In this document: piece after piece, positions 35,772 through 44,923 of the stretch | How positions within the stretch are numbered: the stretch's first letter is position 1 | Layout of the letters: each line of letters opens with the position of its first letter | Source: Acetomicrobium hydrogeniformans | GTDB lineage: Bacteria; Synergistota; Synergistia; Synergistales; JAFGMB01 | Length of the DNA stretch: 64,000 nucleotides | NCBI GenBank assembly: GCA_016841745.1 | Contig: JAENYO010000004.1 | Span: 82,026-146,025, forward strand | Reading direction: 5' to 3' | Translations under genes and position numbers: made by a program | Notes under the pieces: generated by a model | Told to the model about the DNA's origin: nothing | Database searches by the model: none | Seen by the model: the letters and a program-made list of their open reading frames with translations, nothing else

Positions 35772-36647
35772 ATGAAGGACGAAGGACATGGAGAAAGTGA
35801 AAAAAGGATCTTCAGGATCACGTTGAGGATAGTATTTTTTTATATTCTTATTGCCGGGGGATGGATATTTTTTTCCGATACCCTTATTGAACATCTTGCA
35901 AAATCTCCGGAGCAGCTTTCGAGATTCCAGACCTACAAGGGCTTGTTATTTGTCATCGTGAGCGGCATTCTCCTTTTTTTCTACATCTATGGCGAACTGA
36001 AAGGGCGTTCTATTATAGAAAAAAGATATGAAAATGAGGTTCGTCTCAATTATGAAAGAATGGCAAAAACCCTTGACAGTGCTATAAGGTCCATAAGCAA
36101 GATCCTTGAAACCAAAGATCCCTACACCCAGGGTCACCAGGAGAGAGTGACCCTGCTCGCTGTTGCCATAGCAGGGAAAATGGGTCTTTCAGAAGATGAG
36201 ACTGAATGTCTGAGGATAAGCTCCATGATACATGACATCGGTAAGATCAGCCTTCCCTCCGATCTCCTGACAAAACCTGGTGATCTGTCTGAGCTTGAAT
36301 ACAGGATGATACAGACTCATCCAAAGATGGGGAAGGATATAGTAGACGAGATAGATTTTCCATGTCCGGTAGCCGAGATCATTTCCCAGCATCATGAAAG
36401 GATGGATGGTTCCGGTTATCCTTACGGGCTTAAGGGTGAGAAAATACATCTCTGTTCGAGGATAATAGCAGTAGCTGATGTAGTTGAGACCATGTCTTCC
36501 AATCGCCCCTACAGGGCCGCAGTAGGACTTGATGAAGCTCTTGAAGCTATAAGTAAGGACAGTGAAAGACTGTTTGACCCCCATGTAGTGGAAGCCTGTA
36601 TTGATGTTTTCAGGGAAGATGGGTTTTCTTTTGGAGATAATACTTGA
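35772..36647 (+). CDS. Membrane-anchored HD-GYP c-di-GMP phosphodiesterase
   Basis: It has 2 N-terminal TM segments, HDIGK, and HHERMDGSGYPYGL. Confidence 0.85.
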   Translation: MKDEGHGESEKRIFRITLRIVFFYILIAGGWIFFSDTLIEHLAKSPEQLSRFQTYKGLLFVIVSGILLFFYIYGELKGRSIIEKRYENEVRLNYERMAKTLDSAIRSISKILETKDPYTQGHQERVTLLAVAIAGKMGLSEDETECLRISSMIHDIGKISLPSDLLTKPGDLSELEYRMIQTHPKMGKDIVDEIDFPCPVAEIISQHHERMDGSGYPYGLKGEKIHLCSRIIAVADVVETMSSNRPYRAAVGLDEALEAISKDSERLFDPHVVEACIDVFREDGFSFGDNT

Positions 36648-36687
36648 AGCAGATCATGGCTGAAAGGATATTTTCCATGTTTTCACA

Positions 36688-36725
36688 TTAAGGTATGGCC
36701 GGGAATCTTCCCGGCCATACCTTAA
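36688..36725. terminator. Bidirectional terminator hairpin
   Basis: TTAAGGTATGGCCGGGAA-tc-TTCCCGGCCATACCTTAA, between convergent genes. Confidence 0.75.
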
Positions 36726-36734
36726 TCATGTCTT

Positions 36735-37448
36735 TTACTTTGTATATTTCTTGAGCCTGGCCAGGTTCTTTGAAATCCTGCTCCAGTAAACAGATGCCGA
36801 GCCTCCGTAATAACGCCCAAGAGCCTTCTCCGGTGTGCCATAGGCTTTAAGATACCGGGAAACAAGAAGAGTTCCTGCTGCTATTCCCTTCATCGGATCG
36901 TGAAGGTCTTCTTCATAAGAAATCCCGTTTGCCTGAAGCAGTGCTTCATGAACCCGCCATGTAACCTGCATAACCCCTGCGGAACCATGTCCGCTCTTCG
37001 CCTCGGGGTCAAAATGACTCTCAGTATTGGCAACAGCTATAACAAGATCAATGGGTACTTCGTATTTTGTACTGTAGTGGATGAAGGCAACGGCCTCCTG
37101 AATGGCAGTAAGGTCGTCGATCCTGCTGTTCTGTTTCTGGATATATTGCGAGATCAGTTCCGCCTGGTCCTGGATATCCAGTGCAAGTTCGTACATTCCG
37201 GAAAATGCCTGGAGGGGACCTGTATCCAGATTTCTGCCGAGGGATTTTATCATAGAGGGCATTTCCTGGACCAGAGCCATTGCCGTGGAGTCGGGATCCA
37301 CTATGAGTTTATGAGAATTTTCTTTATCATTCCCCAACCCGCTGACAGCAAGACATGGGAGTATGGCGTTTGTTATGAAAAATGCAGATACTGAAAGCAG
37401 AAGGAGGGCGAAGATCGTGCAGGTCGCTTTTCTATGCAATTTGATCAT
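36735..37448 (-). CDS. Lytic transglycosylase (SLT domain) with signal peptide
   Basis: TESHFDPEAKSGHGSAGVMQV contains the catalytic Glu motif. The N-terminus is hydrophobic. Confidence 0.8.
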   Translation of the reverse strand: MIKLHRKATCTIFALLLLSVSAFFITNAILPCLAVSGLGNDKENSHKLIVDPDSTAMALVQEMPSMIKSLGRNLDTGPLQAFSGMYELALDIQDQAELISQYIQKQNSRIDDLTAIQEAVAFIHYSTKYEVPIDLVIAVANTESHFDPEAKSGHGSAGVMQVTWRVHEALLQANGISYEEDLHDPMKGIAAGTLLVSRYLKAYGTPEKALGRYYGGSASVYWSRISKNLARLKKYTK

Positions 37449-37750
37449 CCTCCTCGTTCTTTCTTTACTTTTATTCGGCGTAAAAATTAACCATGAATGA
37501 AAGTGAGGTCATTATAAAGCATAAATTGAAAAAAACAAGACCCTATTGTCCTGAGTTTTTGGAATAGACACAACAATACAGACTTTATAACTCACTATGA
37601 GAGTAAAATACGTAGAATTACCGAGATGTGCTAGAACATACTAACCAAATATCAATAGAAAGTAAAGATGTGCTGAAAAGATGATCCTGATAGCTTCAAG
37701 GAAGTGTCTTTTCGTATTTGAGATATAATAATTACAGCTGAATTCAAGGA

Positions 37751-38494
37751 ATGGGGAAAGCTGATATGACTGAAATAGATGTAGTCCTTTCACCGGCAGA
37801 AAAGCTTCCCGAAATGGATACGTGGCTTGTCGTTGATATACTAAGGGCCACCAGCAACATAGTTCACTTTTTTCACCAGGGAGGCAGACTTATGATACCT
37901 GTTGAAGAAGTTGATCAGGCCCGCCGTATCCGGGAAACATACGGAGATGAGTGGCTTCTCATGGGAGAAAGGGATGCCCTTCCTCCGGAAGGTTTTGATA
38001 TGGGGAATTCTCCTCTTGAATATTCGAAGGATACCCTGCAGGAGAAACCCTTTGCTGTGATCACGACAACTAATGGCACGAAGGCTCTGATAAGGGCCAG
38101 GGAACAGGAAGTCCCCGTTTATGCAGCCTGTGCTAGAAATGCATCTGCCGCCGTTGAAAGAGCCCTGAATACAGGTGAGAAGATAGGCTTTCTCTGTGCA
38201 GGAAGGCTGGGCAGGGTGGCCCTGGATGATGTTATCTGCTGCGGACTAATGGTAGAGATAATAAGAAGGATCCGGAATGATGCAGTCATGTCTGATGGGG
38301 CAGTTATGGCACTGGAGCTATGGGAAAGCTGTTTTGGCAATCTCAGGAGGGGGGTAGAGCAGGCCGGTCATTGCAGCCTTCTCTATGATATGGGCATGGA
38401 AAAGGACATTGCCTTCTGTTGTGAAACAGATCAGACAGAGATCGTTCCCAGGCTGTCATCCTGGGAACAGTATCCTGCTTTTATGAATTACTGA
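37751..38494 (+). CDS. comB: 2-phosphosulfolactate phosphatase family protein
   Basis: VVDILRATSNI, GERDALPPEGFDMGNSPLEY and TTTNGTKAL all fit the family. Confidence 0.8.
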   Translation: MGKADMTEIDVVLSPAEKLPEMDTWLVVDILRATSNIVHFFHQGGRLMIPVEEVDQARRIRETYGDEWLLMGERDALPPEGFDMGNSPLEYSKDTLQEKPFAVITTTNGTKALIRAREQEVPVYAACARNASAAVERALNTGEKIGFLCAGRLGRVALDDVICCGLMVEIIRRIRNDAVMSDGAVMALELWESCFGNLRRGVEQAGHCSLLYDMGMEKDIAFCCETDQTEIVPRLSSWEQYPAFMNY

Positions 38495-38553
38495 TCCCCC
38501 TGATTTCTGTTTTGAGGGAAGTCTCCCGGACTTCCCTGTCAGCAGGCCCCTTT

Positions 38554-39552
38554 TCAGCCTCCGGGCGGATATGTTATGGCGACCCTGTGTCCGATCTTTG
38601 CAAAAAAGTCAAAGTGTGAATCCTCTTTCATCGGGTGGTTTTCTATAGCTTCCATACTCATGGACCAGATGTCCATGGGATTGGCGGGACCTGTGAGCTC
38701 TTCTGCCAGAGGACTGAATGTCTCATAAAATCGTATTGCTTCCTCTTCAGTTTCAGTTATGTACATAAGGGCATTCAGATTTCCCTGCTCGTGAATGTCT
38801 ATATCGAAGTTGCCCGGGAGGATAAGGTGCCTGTAGTAGAGAAGGAAAAGATGGAATTTCCCTATATCTTGGAAGAGCTGCAAGGGGTCATCATAAAATT
38901 CTTTTCTGACAAAATTCATATAGAAACGATCGGCATGCAGGAGTTTTAATGTGTCCGATGCCGGAGCTACCTTGTGCATATAGTGCACGAAGTCACAATA
39001 ATGAAGGAAAAGCACGTCGATCTCAAGAGATCCTGCTTCCATGCCCCTTTCAACCATCCATCCTTTTATCTCCTGAATGGAGGGGTGACGATCTGTTTGC
39101 CTGTTCTGGGGGAAGGTTTCCCTGATTTCCTTGATGATAGCCATCTCGTTGTATAGCCATCGGGGTTTCTTTGAAGGACTGATGGAGCAGATATCTCCGT
39201 TTTTTAACCCCGGGTAATAGGATAAACGTTGTCCCACATGGAAATTCTTCACGCCCCATCTCCCCACAAAGGATCTGTTCAGTAGCAGGGAAAGCCTGCA
39301 TTTCAGAAGTTCTTTTCCATGATCTTCGGCTGGATCTGCCGGGGTGGCATCATAATAGTATTCCCTGGCTATTTCAGTGAAAGCGTTTCTTCCTGCCGGG
39401 GTCAGAGAATAGGTCCCATTCTCTTTGACCAGAAGTTCTCTTCCCTTCAGGTCCTGCAGGAAAGTCGGGTTTTCTCCAGCCAGATCAACGAGTTCCTCAT
39501 TCCAGCAGGGATAGCCTTTGCTGAAAAGCAGTAAAACATTTTCCCGAGACAT
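38554..39552 (-). CDS. Hypothetical protein, no family recognised (possible N-terminal wHTH)
   Basis: About 332 aa. The ATG at 39552 lies 8 nt after GGAGGAG (the track start at 39561 is a GTG). Codon usage looks coding. I recognise no motif. Confidence 0.6.
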   Translation of the reverse strand: MSRENVLLLFSKGYPCWNEELVDLAGENPTFLQDLKGRELLVKENGTYSLTPAGRNAFTEIAREYYYDATPADPAEDHGKELLKCRLSLLLNRSFVGRWGVKNFHVGQRLSYYPGLKNGDICSISPSKKPRWLYNEMAIIKEIRETFPQNRQTDRHPSIQEIKGWMVERGMEAGSLEIDVLFLHYCDFVHYMHKVAPASDTLKLLHADRFYMNFVRKEFYDDPLQLFQDIGKFHLFLLYYRHLILPGNFDIDIHEQGNLNALMYITETEEEAIRFYETFSPLAEELTGPANPMDIWSMSMEAIENHPMKEDSHFDFFAKIGHRVAITYPPGG

Positions 39553-39714
39553 TCTCAACACTCCTCCGATCCATCTTATTCTTAAGGTTTATCAAGTCTC
39601 TTTCCAGACTATATGTAAGGAGTAGATCTGTCACTATATCTATTGCACAAAAATGATATTTGATCCAATATTCTCCTTTATTGCGGTAAAACCGGCTTAC
39701 CTCGCTCAGCTGTT

Positions 39715-40959
39715 TCAGGATTCCTCTTTTTCATGGAGTCCTGGACCAATGAATTTTTCCAGTCGAAGAGCAAGATACAGTTTCAGGGTGTCCCGGTAAT
39801 TCTTGATTTCTATGTTTCCTATCCTTTTGATCTTTTCCAATCTGTAGTTAAGTGTGTTTCTGTGAATGTGAAGTTCCCGGGCTGCGCTTACCAGAGAAAA
39901 GTTGCTTTCACACCATGTCAGGAAGGTCTGTCTGAGCTCTTCCCAGTCGTTCTGCTGTCTGAAAGCAGCCACGTTTCTCTGGATAAAACGATTTCTCAGG
40001 GCAGGCTGAAGAGATGCCAGGAGTTCTTCAATCCTGTAATCCTGAATATTGTATATACCTGGACCCTGGTTATATTTTTTACCAAGCTGTAAAGCCCGCC
40101 AGGCTTCCTGGTATGAATTGGATAATTCTTCCAGATTCCCGGCCATGGAGCCTATACCGATGGCTGCATTAAGATTCATCTTTGCCAGATCTTCCAGTAT
40201 CTGGCTGCAGGAAGAGGCGGTGTATCTGTAGATCGACCGCTCTCGTCCTGATGGGCTGTTTCCCACGGAATGAAGGATAAAATACTTGTTATTTCCTGTC
40301 ATTACGGAAATATCTGCCGGATCGGGAAAGGCCAGGCGTATCTTTTTCAGGATCTCATTCTTGGTCTTCTGTATAAGGAGTTCAGGGGTTTCTGTTCTGT
40401 CTTCCGAGCAGTCTTTTCGTATTTTTCTGGCATATCTCGCGAACTGGTAGAGATCGACAGCGATGGGGATATAGTGAAATGAAGGGTCAAATCCGAATTC
40501 CCTTGCCCTGGATAAAAGCATTCTACGATCCGATATACCGGAAATGTAATGGGAGATATCGTGAATTATTGTCTGCAGAGTCTCCTCCCTGTTTGTAGCG
40601 TATTCCTGAAGTTCTCTTTCGCGAAGAAGGATCTCAATCTGTTTCTTTACTATAAGCGCGAAGGGTTTTACGTTTACAGGTTTGCCGGTTATGGCCATAG
40701 AACCTACAACTTTACCGGTCATGGACTGAATAGGGTAAGTTACTCCAGGCAGGGTTCCCCTGAATTTCTGTGCTTCTGTTTCGTTAACAGCAGCACCCCG
40801 GTTATACCTGATCACATCAAGGGACTGCTCATGAAGGGAACCGAGTCTAAGGAGGTTGCTAGCTCCTATTATTATCCCTTCCGTATCTGTGATGATCACA
40901 TCATATCCTATAACTTCAGCTGTTGATCCAGCGATCTCGGCAGCCCACTTTGTAAGCAT
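39715..40959 (-). CDS. CdaR/PucR-family regulator (diacid-recognition-like N-domain, C-terminal PucR HTH)
   Basis: 414 aa. The N-terminus reads VIGYDVIITDTEGIIIGASN and the C-terminus reads AARELHIHRNTLNYRLEKIKRI. It is divergent from grdE. Confidence 0.8.
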   Translation of the reverse strand: MLTKWAAEIAGSTAEVIGYDVIITDTEGIIIGASNLLRLGSLHEQSLDVIRYNRGAAVNETEAQKFRGTLPGVTYPIQSMTGKVVGSMAITGKPVNVKPFALIVKKQIEILLRERELQEYATNREETLQTIIHDISHYISGISDRRMLLSRAREFGFDPSFHYIPIAVDLYQFARYARKIRKDCSEDRTETPELLIQKTKNEILKKIRLAFPDPADISVMTGNNKYFILHSVGNSPSGRERSIYRYTASSCSQILEDLAKMNLNAAIGIGSMAGNLEELSNSYQEAWRALQLGKKYNQGPGIYNIQDYRIEELLASLQPALRNRFIQRNVAAFRQQNDWEELRQTFLTWCESNFSLVSAARELHIHRNTLNYRLEKIKRIGNIEIKNYRDTLKLYLALRLEKFIGPGLHEKEES

Positions 40960-41252
40960 TACCTGCCTCCTCTATGTTTTGCCCCCGGTTCTTCATGGTA
41001 AGGGCCATCATCTGATAGTCCCCGAACGTTTTAACAGGGACTCTTATCTGAAGCTTTTCCTGAAAACAAAAGAGGTGTTTGTCTTATTTGTACTATCTGC
41101 ACTAAAAAACACTTCCATGGTACTTTAAATACCATATGATTCGTACGATGTAAATGAGGTTACATCTTCTTATAATTTTTACGTTGGAAAGAGTCTGTTA
41201 AGGGGATATTCATATCCTGTCCCTGAAATATGTAAAAGAAGGAGGCTTCAAT

Positions 41253-42539
41253 ATGAGGTTGGAACTTCATAATGCTTTAGTGAAGGAGATTCAGTGGGGT
41301 GAAAAGACCTCCCTGAAGGATAATGTCCTTTATGTCAACAGGGAAGAAGCCATCGAAGTTGTTGCGGCAGATGAAAATTTTGCTGATGTACAGCTTGAGC
41401 TGGCCCGTCCCGGGGAAAGTGTCAGGATAATACCTGTCAAGGATGTAGTGGAACCAAGGATCAAGCTGGAAGGAGGGACTTCTTTCTTTCCAGGTTTCTG
41501 TGCTCCCATGGAACCGGTAGGCGAGGGTGTAACCTTTGTTCTCAAGGGTGCTTCTGTAATTACCTGCGGTCCCATAGTAGCCTTCCAGGAAGGTTTTATT
41601 GACATGAGCGGTCCCGCCAGTCCCTATAATCCCTTTTCAGAGACCTTTAATGTCGTAATAGTAGCAGAACCTGTTGCAGATCTTGAAAAACATGCCTACG
41701 AGAGATCCCTCAGGGAAGCAGGGCTGAAACTTTCCGTTTACCTTGCTGACCAGTGCAAGGGGACAAAAGCCGATAACGTCGAGGTCTTCGACAAGGGTTC
41801 CATAGTTGAGGAAAACAATAAATACCCGGACCTCCCCAAGATAACCTATTTCTGCATGTCCATTACCCAGGGGCTTCTCCACGATACTTTCCTCTACGGA
41901 GCTGACATGAAGTCCATAGTTCCCACTCTGGTCCATCCCAATGAGATACTTGACGGAGCAATGGTCTCAGGAAACTGCGTTTCCGCCTGTGACAAGAATA
42001 CAACCTTCCATCATGTGAACGATCCTATCGTTCTTGAGCTCTACAAACGTCATGGCAAGGAGATTAATTTCATTGGTGTTATTCCAACTCTTGAAAGCAC
42101 AGTGCTGGCTGGCAAGGAGAGAACCACCTGGATGAATGCCAATCTGGCCAGACAGCTCGGAGCAGATGGTGTAGTTATTTCGGAAGAAGGCTATGGCAAT
42201 CCGGATACCGACCTTTGCATGAATGCCAAGAAGTGTGAAGACTGGGGCATTAAAACTGTAGTTATTTCAGATGAGGCAGCAGGAGTTGATGGTTCCAGCC
42301 AGGGTCTTGCAGATGCGACACCTGAAATGGACGGTTTTGTTTCAGCCGGAAATGTTAATGAGATGATAGAAGTTCCGGCCATGGATAAGATCATAGGATT
42401 CCCGGAAGCCATCGCTTATCTCTCCGGAGGAGCGTCGGACAGTCTGCGTGAGGATGGTTCCATGTATGTTGAACTCCAGTCGATCATTGGTTCCACCAAT
42501 GAGCTGGGATTCAGCAAACTAGGCTGCGAATGGGTCTAG
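41253..42539 (+). CDS. grdE: Glycine/sarcosine/betaine-type reductase component B proprotein (alpha/beta, pyruvoyl-forming)
   Basis: 428 aa. The N-terminus is MRLELHNALVKEIQWGEKTSLKDNVLYVN. An Asn-Cys dipeptide at residues 241-242 (TGC at 41976-41978) sits in the expected self-cleavage position. There is an AAGGAGG RBS. Confidence 0.85.
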   Translation: MRLELHNALVKEIQWGEKTSLKDNVLYVNREEAIEVVAADENFADVQLELARPGESVRIIPVKDVVEPRIKLEGGTSFFPGFCAPMEPVGEGVTFVLKGASVITCGPIVAFQEGFIDMSGPASPYNPFSETFNVVIVAEPVADLEKHAYERSLREAGLKLSVYLADQCKGTKADNVEVFDKGSIVEENNKYPDLPKITYFCMSITQGLLHDTFLYGADMKSIVPTLVHPNEILDGAMVSGNCVSACDKNTTFHHVNDPIVLELYKRHGKEINFIGVIPTLESTVLAGKERTTWMNANLARQLGADGVVISEEGYGNPDTDLCMNAKKCEDWGIKTVVISDEAAGVDGSSQGLADATPEMDGFVSAGNVNEMIEVPAMDKIIGFPEAIAYLSGGASDSLREDGSMYVELQSIIGSTNELGFSKLGCEWV

Positions 42540-42561
42540 TTGAGGTTAAGGAGGTAGAAAA

Positions 42562-43872
42562 ATGACCTACAGGGTTGTTCATTATATAAATCAGTTTTAT
42601 GCAGGAATGGGTGGAGAAGATACAGCCCATGTACCCCCATCATCCCGGGATGGGATAGTGGGTCCCGGCCTTCAGCTTCAGAACCTGCTTCAGGGAGAGG
42701 CAGAAGTCATAGGTACGGTTATCTGCGGTGACAGTTATTACGGTGAAAATATGGAAAAAGCCCAGGCTGAGTGTATTGAAATGATAAAGGCTTTCAAGCC
42801 TGATATGCTTATTGCCGGTCCTGGTTTCAATGCCGGACGTTATGGCGTTGCCTGCGGTGATATCTGTGCAGCTGCGGGAGAAATGCTTGGAATCCCTACA
42901 GTTACAGCCCTTTATGGGGAAAATCCCGGTGTCGAAATGTACCATAAAAAAACATACATTGTCGAAACCAGTGACAGCGCCAGGGGTATGAGAGATGCCC
43001 TGTCCAGAATGGTGACTCTAGCTTTGAAACTGCTGAAAAAAGAGAAACTCGGTACTGCCCGCTTTGAAGGCTATATCCACAGAGGTATCCGTAAAAGCTT
43101 TTTCCATGAAAAGTCGGGGGCAGAAAGAGGAGTTGATATGCTTCTCAAGAAGATCCGGGGAGAAGCTTTTGAAACAGAACTTGAAATGCCGGTATTCAAA
43201 AAGATAGATCCGGCAGCTCCCATAGCAGACCTGAGTAAGGTTACTATTGCCCTTTGTACTTCCGGCGGTATTGTTCCCTTTGGTAATCCTGATCACATAA
43301 GGGTTTCCTCTGCTGAAAAATTCGGCAAATACAATATTTCCGAACTCAAAGACCTTACATCGGAAAATTATGAGTCCATCCATGGAGGTTATGACAGGGT
43401 TTATGCGAACGATAACCCCGATGTAGTCCTTCCCCTTGATATTATGCGAGAGATGGAAAAAGAAGGGGTTTTCGCCAAACTTCATGATTTCGTTTACTGT
43501 ACTACCGGAACCGGTACAGCAGTAGCCAATGCCGAAGGTTTCGGCCAGGCCATCGGCAAGGAACTGAAAGAGGCTGGTGTTGATGCCGTCATTCTGACAT
43601 CCACCTGAGGTACCTGTACTCGATGCGGTGCATCGATGGTTCGGGAAATAGAGAAAGAAGCAGGTATCCCTGTAGTCCAGATAGCAACAATAGTACCTAT
43701 AATGCTCACAGTTGGAGCTAACAGGATAGTTCCCGGTGTAGCTATTCCTCATCCGGTAGGAGATCCTGAATCAGGACCCGAAGGAGACAGGAAGAAGAGA
43801 AGAGAGCTCCTTCAGAGGGCTTTCAAGGCCATGTCTACAGAAATAAAGGAACAGACCATATTTAAAGACTAA
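42562..43872 (+). CDS. grdB: Reductase component B selenoprotein subunit; in-frame UGA (43606-43608) read as selenocysteine
   Basis: Track ORFs 42562..43608 and 43636..43872 are in the same frame. The junction reads ILTST-U-GTCTRCGASMVREIEKEAGIPVV, which is the UxxCxxC selenoprotein B motif. A hairpin starts 12 nt downstream of the UGA. Confidence 0.9.
43620..43636 (+). promoter_or_regulatory. Candidate SECIS hairpin for grdB
   Basis: UCGAUGC-GGU-GCAUCGA forms a perfect 7-bp stem with GGU at the apex. It starts 12 nt after the UGA. Confidence 0.65.
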
Positions 43873-43943
43873 AACAGGTTTCAGGGACAGAATCTACTTT
43901 TCTGTCCCTTTACGAATGAATTCAATTGAAAGGGGGTGCACAA

Positions 43944-44420
43944 ATGGGCAAATTAACAGGGAAAAAACTGCTTCTCCTGGGAGAAAGAGACGGAGTTCCA
44001 GGGCCAGCTATGGAAGCGTGTCTTAAAGACACAGGAGCAGAGATAGTATTTTCAGTTACGGAATGTTTTGTCTGAACTGCGGCAGGTGCTATGGATTTGC
44101 AGAATCAGCAGAGAATCAAGGATGCAGGCGATAAATATGGCAAAGAGAACCTGGTAGTTGTACTTGGTTCTTCAGATGCCGAGGGTGCCGAGATCTATGC
44201 TGAAACCGTTGCAAACGGAGATCCGACTTTTGCAGGTCCACTGGCCGGAGTCCAGTTGGGACTCGCCGTATATGACATTTTTGAAGATGAAATTCGCAAC
44301 GAAGCTGATGAAACCGCGTGGGAAGAGAATATCTCCATGATGGAGATGGTTCTGGATACTGACGGTCTCTGTGCAGCAGTCAAATCAATGAGAGAAGAGT
44401 TCAGTCAATTTTCTATCTAA
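43944..44420 (+). CDS. grdA: Selenoprotein A of glycine-type reductases; in-frame UGA (44073-44075) read as selenocysteine
   Basis: The ATG at 43944 follows AAGGGGGTG. The product begins [62 protein letters not shown]..., which contains the CxxU motif. The track lists only the post-UGA part (44091..44420). Confidence 0.92.
44077..44102 (+). promoter_or_regulatory. Candidate SECIS stem-loop for grdA
   Basis: CUGCGG...UUGCAG forms the lower stem (including G-U pairs), with a short upper stem and a GGUGCUA apical loop. It was folded by eye only. Confidence 0.4.
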
Positions 44421-44444
44421 AGGTTTCCCCCCTTTGGATATTCC

Positions 44445-44467
44445 GGGCGGGGCTTTCTGCCCCGTCC
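44445..44467 (+). other. GC-rich intercistronic stem-loop between grdA and grdX, with no U-tract
   Basis: GGGCGGGGC-uuucu-GCCCCGUCC forms 9 bp, one of them a G-U pair. It is followed by ACCGGAUAAAAAUG. Confidence 0.5.
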
Positions 44468-44507
44468 ACCGGATAAAAATGTATGTGTCTGAAGGAAGTG
44501 TTCACAG

Positions 44508-44852
44508 TTGAAAGTTATAAGCAACAATCCTTTTGTTCTGAAGAAGATAGAAGATAATCATCCCGTCAGCGGAAATCCCCTGGACGTGCTTCTGGAAGTC
44601 AGGAAGTTTCTTGAATCGGGTCATAAACTTGTGACTATGCCTTTGCCTGCAAACCAGAGGCTTTTCATGAATCCCTACAGATCCATCCTTGTAGATAAAC
44701 CTTCAAAGGACATGGATATGAAGGGACTGGTTCTTCTGGAAAAAGCAGTGGAGAGATTCCGCTCACAGGTTTTTTATGATGATCAGGGAGCAGATGGAGA
44801 TTTTGCTCTTATGGACCTGGAACAGGTCATGATCTCCATGAAGATGGTATGA
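44508..44852 (+). CDS. grdX: GrdX-family protein
   Basis: 114 aa. MKVISNNPFVLKKIED...VTMPLPANQRL resembles small GrdX proteins encoded in grd operons. The start is TTG, behind GAAGGAAG. Confidence 0.65.
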   Translation: MKVISNNPFVLKKIEDNHPVSGNPLDVLLEVRKFLESGHKLVTMPLPANQRLFMNPYRSILVDKPSKDMDMKGLVLLEKAVERFRSQVFYDDQGADGDFALMDLEQVMISMKMV

Positions 44853-44923
44853 TCTCAGAAAACCTTTTTACTGATCACATATTTCAGACCATGATCAGGT
44901 CATCTTTACAGGAGGTCAATAAC

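Noticed and set aside
40960-41252. I looked for a glycine riboswitch or T-box in the grdE leader.
   Set aside because: No GGAGAG...CACCGAAGGGGCAA-type glycine aptamer core and no T-box specifier/antiterminator features are visible. Only short inverted repeats (GGATAT-tc-ATATCC, ATGTAA-N6-TTACAT) are present. They are more likely protein operators.
43018-43752. A 244-aa minus-strand ORF antisense to grdB.
   Set aside because: It lies entirely inside a strongly supported gene and spans the Sec codon. Its product is Cys/Tyr/Phe-rich with no recognisable family, so I treat it as an antisense artefact.
42562-43872. grdB appears as two ORFs (42562..43608 and 43636..43872). This could be read as a pseudogene or as two genes.
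   Set aside because: The two ORFs share a frame. A UxxCxxC selenoprotein B motif spans the single TGA, and a SECIS-like hairpin lies downstream. I interpret it as selenocysteine recoding.
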